Shown one piece after another: positions 58,668-64,000 of a stretch of 64,000 nucleotides of DNA; the first letter of the stretch is position 1, and every line of letters starts with the position of its first letter. Origin of the DNA: Candidatus Freyarchaeum deiterrae. GTDB lineage: Archaea > Asgardarchaeota > Jordiarchaeia > Jordiarchaeales > Jordiarchaeaceae. The notes under the pieces are model-generated. The model was not told the origin of the DNA. It did no database searches and saw nothing but the letters and a program-made list of their open reading frames with translations. Location: positions 1-64,000 of the forward strand of contig CP147778.1 in the NCBI GenBank assembly GCA_037305845.1, in the 5' to 3' direction. The translations under genes and the position numbers were made by a program.

Positions 58668-61142
58668 TCACTTTTGATCCACTTCAAATCCTGTATCGGG
58701 CTGATACCACTTGGATATTTCTTCCTTAGGAATATATGTGAAAGCTCCTATTTTTTTAAAAGTTGGAGAATGGATTATTTTTTCTTTCATCTTATTGCTT
58801 TCTATTGAAAGAGTATATTGGTTTATATCCTTTTTTATTTTCATTAAGTTTCTTCTTTTTTCGTATCCTTTACTTTGTTCTACTGTTTTTTCAATTTCTT
58901 TTATAGTACGCTCTGCCTCTTCATCAATTTCAACAAATATAGATATGGAGTCTGATTTTTCTTTTATTAACTTGAATTCGTTTATATCATAAAAATTTAA
59001 ATTTCTTAGACATTCTACAATTCGTCTAGAGTCTTCTTCGCTTGTTCTTTCTGAAATTAGTTTATAATATTCATCTGCTGATTTTAAAACAAAATCTTTT
59101 TCCGATACTTTGTTTCCGAATTTTTTGATTATTTCTTTTGTAGCATCTACTAGTACCGAATCGTATATATATGAAAGAAAAGGCCTTTTATGTTTTTCAT
59201 CCTTTAACAATATTATATTGACCAAACCTTTTTTTTCTTTATTTTCCCTATTACATCTCCCCGCAGTCTGAATTAAGCAATCTAGTGGAGCCATATCTCT
59301 ATAAATAATATCTACACTTATATCTACACCAGCTTCAATTAATTGTGTACTCACAATAATCTTTCTTTTATTATCTAATTTTATTTTTTCGATCCTATTT
59401 AAACGGTATTTTGGCAAAATATGAGTTGACAAATTGATAAGTTCTAAGTCAGGAAAAATACAAATCCCATCTTTATCAAGACATTTTTTGGAATCCACGT
59501 GATAGTGGTCAGAAAATTTATTTTTTAGATAAGTATACAGCTCCTTGCAAGAGTTGATAGTATTCAATACTATCATAAAATCCTTATCTTTATTATTTAA
59601 AAGTTCATTAAAGATCTCGTCTTTAAATTTGTTGAAATCTTTTTCATTGAGATCGAAGTTATACTCAACTCTATCGAATAATCTGAAATATTCTTCTCTA
59701 TTTTTTGCAAGTTCTCTTGTCTCTCTCTCTCCTTCAAAAATAAGTGGTTTTGTGGCTGTCATTAATATAATCCAACAATTGAAATTATCTGCCATATACT
59801 TTAATGCTTCTTTAACCAGAAGCCAATAACAATGAGGTATAGACTGTATTTCATCTAAAATTATTATCGAGTTTGTCATATTGTGAAATTTTCTCGCCGC
59901 TCTATTTTTATTTGTAATTAGGCTGTGAAAAAGTTGGACAAATGTTGTGATTATTATTTCAGAATGCCAACCTTCTGTAAGTAACAAAGAGTTATTTATG
60001 TCTTCAATGATATTTAACTCGTTATCTTCTGTCTTTTTTTCTCTGTATTCTACATCCGCCAGATGATGATGCTTTAATAATAGATTGGAGGGAATTTCCT
60101 TATACTCCTCGCTCTCTCTAAAAACTTTCTCGATTACTTCACTATTTTGGTCTATAATGCTTAAAAATGGTAGGGCGTATATTATTTTAGGAGTAAATCC
60201 AAAGTTTGCTGCAATTCTTTCTCTTAGATTTAATGCTAAAGAAAAACCTGTTAATGTTTTTCCCATTCCAGTTGGAAGATTTATGGATAAAATTCGTTCA
60301 CTGGTTATATCCAAACTTTGTAAGGAATTATTCACCTCGTTATACGCCCTTTCCCTAATGCTATCGATAAAGGTTTTACTTGCACCGAATTTAATTACTT
60401 TGTAATCGTTTACTATATTACTTCTAATCGTCTTAATTCTATCAGGAATCCTTGTTTCTGAAGCATCCAGTTTATCTGAATCCAAAAGGACAGAATAGAA
60501 AAAAAGAATAGAATAATAGTAGTCCATATTTTTTTCTTTACATAGTTTCTTTGCTTGAGTACGTATTTCTTCTGTAAATTTGGTAAGACTTTCACAATTA
60601 ACAAATATATTAAAAAACCCTTGAATTTCGAAATCTTCTAGAAGTTCACTATATATCCTCTTTATTTCATCCATATTATTATTAACAATATCGTCTATTT
60701 GTTTTTTAGCAGTTTTTATTTCACCTTCATCTTTTAACTTGTCAATTTCTCCATCTGTTCCTCTTATATTTCCAAGACTTCCATGATGCTTGTTTATAAT
60801 AATCCATGCTATTATCGGCATATACCAAAATTTTTCCAACTCGTTAATTTTGTTAAGATAAATTTTTGTGGTATAATATCCAAATAACGAAGACAAAAAA
60901 CCATGTTTGGCATATTTAGTTCTTTCTTTAGTGATCAAGTAATCTTGAAAGGCCTTGGTTGCCTTGCCAAAGTCGTGAGAAATTCCAATTATATAAGCTA
61001 CCTTAGAAAAAATTTCTTTATTTTGTATTCGTTTTGAACTCACTATATCTTCAGATAATTTACCAACATTTTTAAGATGGTTTCTTAACAATTTATCTGG
61101 ATGCGATTTTAGATTAAAGGAAAACAATATTTTCTTCTCCAA
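58668..61142 (-). CDS. cas3: Cas3 HD nuclease-helicase
   Basis: SHP...L..HL, HDFGKAT, KHHG, LPTGMGKT, LDEIQ, MTAT and QTAGRCNR motifs. Confidence 0.95.
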   Translation of the reverse strand: MEKKILFSFNLKSHPDKLLRNHLKNVGKLSEDIVSSKRIQNKEIFSKVAYIIGISHDFGKATKAFQDYLITKERTKYAKHGFLSSLFGYYTTKIYLNKINELEKFWYMPIIAWIIINKHHGSLGNIRGTDGEIDKLKDEGEIKTAKKQIDDIVNNNMDEIKRIYSELLEDFEIQGFFNIFVNCESLTKFTEEIRTQAKKLCKEKNMDYYYSILFFYSVLLDSDKLDASETRIPDRIKTIRSNIVNDYKVIKFGASKTFIDSIRERAYNEVNNSLQSLDITSERILSINLPTGMGKTLTGFSLALNLRERIAANFGFTPKIIYALPFLSIIDQNSEVIEKVFRESEEYKEIPSNLLLKHHHLADVEYREKKTEDNELNIIEDINNSLLLTEGWHSEIIITTFVQLFHSLITNKNRAARKFHNMTNSIIILDEIQSIPHCYWLLVKEALKYMADNFNCWIILMTATKPLIFEGERETRELAKNREEYFRLFDRVEYNFDLNEKDFNKFKDEIFNELLNNKDKDFMIVLNTINSCKELYTYLKNKFSDHYHVDSKKCLDKDGICIFPDLELINLSTHILPKYRLNRIEKIKLDNKRKIIVSTQLIEAGVDISVDIIYRDMAPLDCLIQTAGRCNRENKEKKGLVNIILLKDEKHKRPFLSYIYDSVLVDATKEIIKKFGNKVSEKDFVLKSADEYYKLISERTSEEDSRRIVECLRNLNFYDINEFKLIKEKSDSISIFVEIDEEAERTIKEIEKTVEQSKGYEKRRNLMKIKKDINQYTLSIESNKMKEKIIHSPTFKKIGAFTYIPKEEISKWYQPDTGFEVDQK

Positions 61143-61839
61143 CTTTGTAGAATTCTCCTTCTTTGATTTTCAATTCCCTTGCATTCATTTCGTACAGAAT
61201 ATCAACATATTCTTGAACTACCCTATCTTTGTTCATGACCATGGGTATTCTTTCTAGTCCATATATACCATCTTCTACCACTATTTCCATCCTGTCTCTT
61301 CTTATAACAGAATGAATTTTTTCCTCTTTACTAGTCTTTTTTAAAACAATATTCTTAAATTCTCCAATAAAACTAAAATTGGCTATTAATCCACTAATGC
61401 CTAAATAAGGTGTATAGAAAGTTTTGTGATTCTCCAAGAATTCTTTTAATTCATCATAAAGTTTTCCGTTTTTTAACCAAACATATATCCTATATTCGGG
61501 ATTTTTCACAAATTCAAATGGTATAAGTGTACGTGGATTTTCTTTAATGTCCCAAAGATAAAATCCTCGGCTGGTGTCTATTAAGCTTAAATTTATTCTT
61601 ACCTTTTTAATTGGTTGTAAGATTCTTATTGCAAATTTAGCATTCTCTTTAGAAAAAAATTCATAATACGAATCCCTCTCTAGTCCAACCACTGCCGATA
61701 CTATTCCTGATAATGCTGTTACTGTGGGTATTGAGTAGGTTAATGGAGATGTTGTTGTTTCAATTCTTCTGAAATGTGCATAATCTCCCCAAATGTCAAA
61801 TACTAATACTTTATTTACTTGCGGCATAGTTGTCATCAA
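61114..61839 (-). CDS. cas5: Type I-B Cas5 (Hmari-type)
   Basis: VFDIWGDYAHFR, SPLTYSIPT.TAL.G and YTPYLG motifs. Confidence 0.92.
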   Translation of the reverse strand: MMTTMPQVNKVLVFDIWGDYAHFRRIETTTSPLTYSIPTVTALSGIVSAVVGLERDSYYEFFSKENAKFAIRILQPIKKVRINLSLIDTSRGFYLWDIKENPRTLIPFEFVKNPEYRIYVWLKNGKLYDELKEFLENHKTFYTPYLGISGLIANFSFIGEFKNIVLKKTSKEEKIHSVIRRDRMEIVVEDGIYGLERIPMVMNKDRVVQEYVDILYEMNARELKIKEGEFYKVGEENIVFL

Positions 61840-61857
61840 ACTTTTTGTGTTTGTAGA

Positions 61858-62868
61858 TTACATATTTAGGTTCAGAGGACTCGCTTGAAATCCCTCTTTT
61901 TTCAGATTTTCTTCTATTTCAGAACCTTTTATCTCAACGCCTTCCACAAAAAATACGACATCTTCGTTTACCTCGTATTCTATTTTCTCAATTTTTTCCT
62001 TATTTATTTTAAGTGTGTTTATAAGATCTGTAATGTCCAACTTTACTTCTGAAATATCTCTAATTTCTTTTTCATCTTTATCAGTTATTAGTCTGATTTT
62101 TTTGTCTATATAACCGATATGATAATTTTTTTCTTTGTAAATAACTCTTAAGAGTAATCTTGGAAGTTGACCTATTTTAGATCTTGTAATAAGATTTTTG
62201 GTCCCGTTCCAAATTCCATCCAAAAGTAAATTTACATCGTCTTCGGTGAGTTCGGTTGTTTTTGCAGCATTTTCATTTATTATTCCATAAAAACATATTA
62301 AGGAATATGGAAGAATATATTCGTCCCTAAAAGTCTTTTGCGCCTTTTCCTTTTCCGAAGCAAAAGCACCTGTACCTTTTATGTGGACTACTTCTACTTT
62401 ATGCAAAGACCTTCCGAACCTAAACTGTACAGGTCCAATCAAAGTTATGGAAGACTTTTCTTTTTCTGTTTTCTCGACTGGAATTGTTGCACCAAATAGT
62501 CTTACATCAATACAATTTTTTATTACATTTTCTCTCATCGTTTTCTTCATTTCTCCTAGAGGAAGATCTTTTTTGTCTTTTTTTTCTCCTTTCTCGTCTA
62601 CTAAGAAGTCTTCGATTCTCATTTTAGCATCTTGGATTTTTCCAGGCTCATACTCAATTGTTCTTACAAAAATTTCCTTCTCTTTAAAATTATGTAGATA
62701 GTCTCTAATTGTCCTTTTCAATCTAACATCGGTCACAATATTTATTTCTGTTTCTTCGTCTATTCTGGGTTTGTTTTCATCCATAGGGTCTCCATTTGGA
62801 TTTGCGTCTTTTATGTCGTACAGAAATACAATTTCAGATCTATTTTTTATTTCACTCATTTTCTTCAC
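61858..62868 (-). CDS. cas7: Type I-B Cas7 (Csh2)
   Basis: NRSEIVFLYD...ANPNGDP..NKPRID, VTDVRLKRTIRDY and DVRLFGAT motifs. Confidence 0.95.
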   Translation of the reverse strand: MKKMSEIKNRSEIVFLYDIKDANPNGDPMDENKPRIDEETEINIVTDVRLKRTIRDYLHNFKEKEIFVRTIEYEPGKIQDAKMRIEDFLVDEKGEKKDKKDLPLGEMKKTMRENVIKNCIDVRLFGATIPVEKTEKEKSSITLIGPVQFRFGRSLHKVEVVHIKGTGAFASEKEKAQKTFRDEYILPYSLICFYGIINENAAKTTELTEDDVNLLLDGIWNGTKNLITRSKIGQLPRLLLRVIYKEKNYHIGYIDKKIRLITDKDEKEIRDISEVKLDITDLINTLKINKEKIEKIEYEVNEDVVFFVEGVEIKGSEIEENLKKEGFQASPLNLNM

Positions 62869-64000
62869 CTTCTCTCTCCTTGAAAATTCTTCCTAAATTT
62901 AAACCTAAAGCAAAATAATAACTTATTTCATCCTTTGATAAACTCCAACCATTATTCTCTGTTTCCATCAAATATTTAGAAATTGATTCTGCTAACCAGG
63001 AATATCCAACCTTATATTCCCTAAGTTTTTCTATAATTTCTGGAAACAATTTTTTAATTTTCTTCTCATCAAGCTTTAATCCATACAATCTCGATCTAAA
63101 TGGCGTCGAACCACGACTTGCGAATTGAACATCCAGAAGAAATTTTGCTAAAACACCTGTTAAAAATACGGCTTTTTTATCTGGAACGTTAAAAGCATTC
63201 GCAAAATCCGCAAAAAACTTTTCCATTTCTTCACTCTCTTTAGCCGTCTTTAAATTTAATTCTTTCTTCTCAGCTCTTTCACCCATTTTATAACCTCCTT
63301 TAATCAATCCCAACTCGTTAATAAAGGTGAACAAGAATAAAGATTTCAATGAATATAAAGCCTCGTTCCAGTCTTGGTTAACATGTTTATTCCTAATTTC
63401 TCGTATAAAAGCATTGACAATAAAATTCTTGCTGATAGGCCTTTGCGCCAAAATGTCTCCAACCACATCTATGAAATATTTATCATAAATTCCAGTTATT
63501 TTTGAGCCGGGGAAAAAAACCCTAATCATTCCTGCCATATCTCTATTCTTCAATTTCTTACCATCCCAGCTAGCTTTTATAAAGTCTTCAGACCATTTCT
63601 TTCCAAACAATTTTTTCAAATATTCTTCCTTAAAAATAGATTTACTGTTGTTAATTTTTTCAAAGGCATCAAACAATTTCTTTATCCAAGTAGGAGGCAC
63701 ATCTTCAACATACCGAACTATGTCAAAATAATCTCCTTGTTTGGGTTCAAAAAATACGAAAATTAAATTTAGTATATTCCCCTTTTCTTTCACCAGATAA
63801 CAAATGTCGTCCTCTACGCCCAACAAACTTTCCCTATACTTCATCTTATTTTGGTCTATAATGTCTTCTATGACCCCTTCTTGAATTTCTCCAAAAGTGA
63901 AATTAGGTATCACATAAAACAGATACCCATAAAACTTTTTTTTGAGATAATTATCTAAAAACTCTTTACCTGCAACTAAATGAATTGCACAGTGTTCACA
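62852..64000 (-). CDS. cas8b: Type I-B large subunit Cas8b (Csh1-like), 5' part outside the window
   Basis: Frame open to the window edge (CEHC..). C-terminal Cas11-like part has FLTGVL..LL..Q and YYFALG, with an internal SD+ATG (GGAGGTTATAAAATG). Confidence 0.85.
   Translation of the reverse strand, partial: CEHCAIHLVAGKEFLDNYLKKKFYGYLFYVIPNFTFGEIQEGVIEDIIDQNKMKYRESLLGVEDDICYLVKEKGNILNLIFVFFEPKQGDYFDIVRYVEDVPPTWIKKLFDAFEKINNSKSIFKEEYLKKLFGKKWSEDFIKASWDGKKLKNRDMAGMIRVFFPGSKITGIYDKYFIDVVGDILAQRPISKNFIVNAFIREIRNKHVNQDWNEALYSLKSLFLFTFINELGLIKGGYKMGERAEKKELNLKTAKESEEMEKFFADFANAFNVPDKKAVFLTGVLAKFLLDVQFASRGSTPFRSRLYGLKLDEKKIKKLFPEIIEKLREYKVGYSWLAESISKYLMETENNGWSLSKDEISYYFALGLNLGRIFKEREGEENE

Noticed and set aside
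1-64000. tRNA/rRNA genes and the many short antisense ORFs in the track
   Set aside because: No tRNA or rRNA signature was seen. The antisense ORFs overlap well-supported genes and lack motifs.

Overview
Archaeal chromosomal window, probably Asgard (inferred from a selenocysteine HdrA with a eukaryote-type SECIS-like hairpin, a Roadblock/LC7 fusion and GGAGGTG-type Shine-Dalgarno sites). Bases 1-27.6 kb hold metabolic and cell-surface genes: an ECF transporter (CbiQ/CbiO), a cupin, two duplicated membrane-anchored proteins, a TPR protein, a radical SAM enzyme, an MtaA/UroD-family methyltransferase, three tandem Cys-rich paralogs, a 16-repeat FG-GAP surface protein, a CDF transporter, a peroxiredoxin, a SagB-type nitroreductase and a TusA/DsrEFH sulfur-relay operon. 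This half also contains a hidden ~792-aa HdrA-MvhD fusion that the ORF track splits at four in-frame UGA codons, all at conserved Cys positions. Bases 27.9-64 kb are a CRISPR-Cas defence island. It contains a 65-repeat array (37-nt repeat), a compact cyclase-dead type III module (cas10-csm2-csm3-csm4, III-F-like), cas6, a type III-C module and the distal part of a type I-B operon. The most unusual structure lies at 37.3-48.4 kb, where seven toxin-antitoxin modules are interleaved with mini-arrays and solo copies of the CRISPR repeat. These repeats tend to keep the hairpin and the 3' handle, and two gene fragments are fused to repeat cores at microhomologies.
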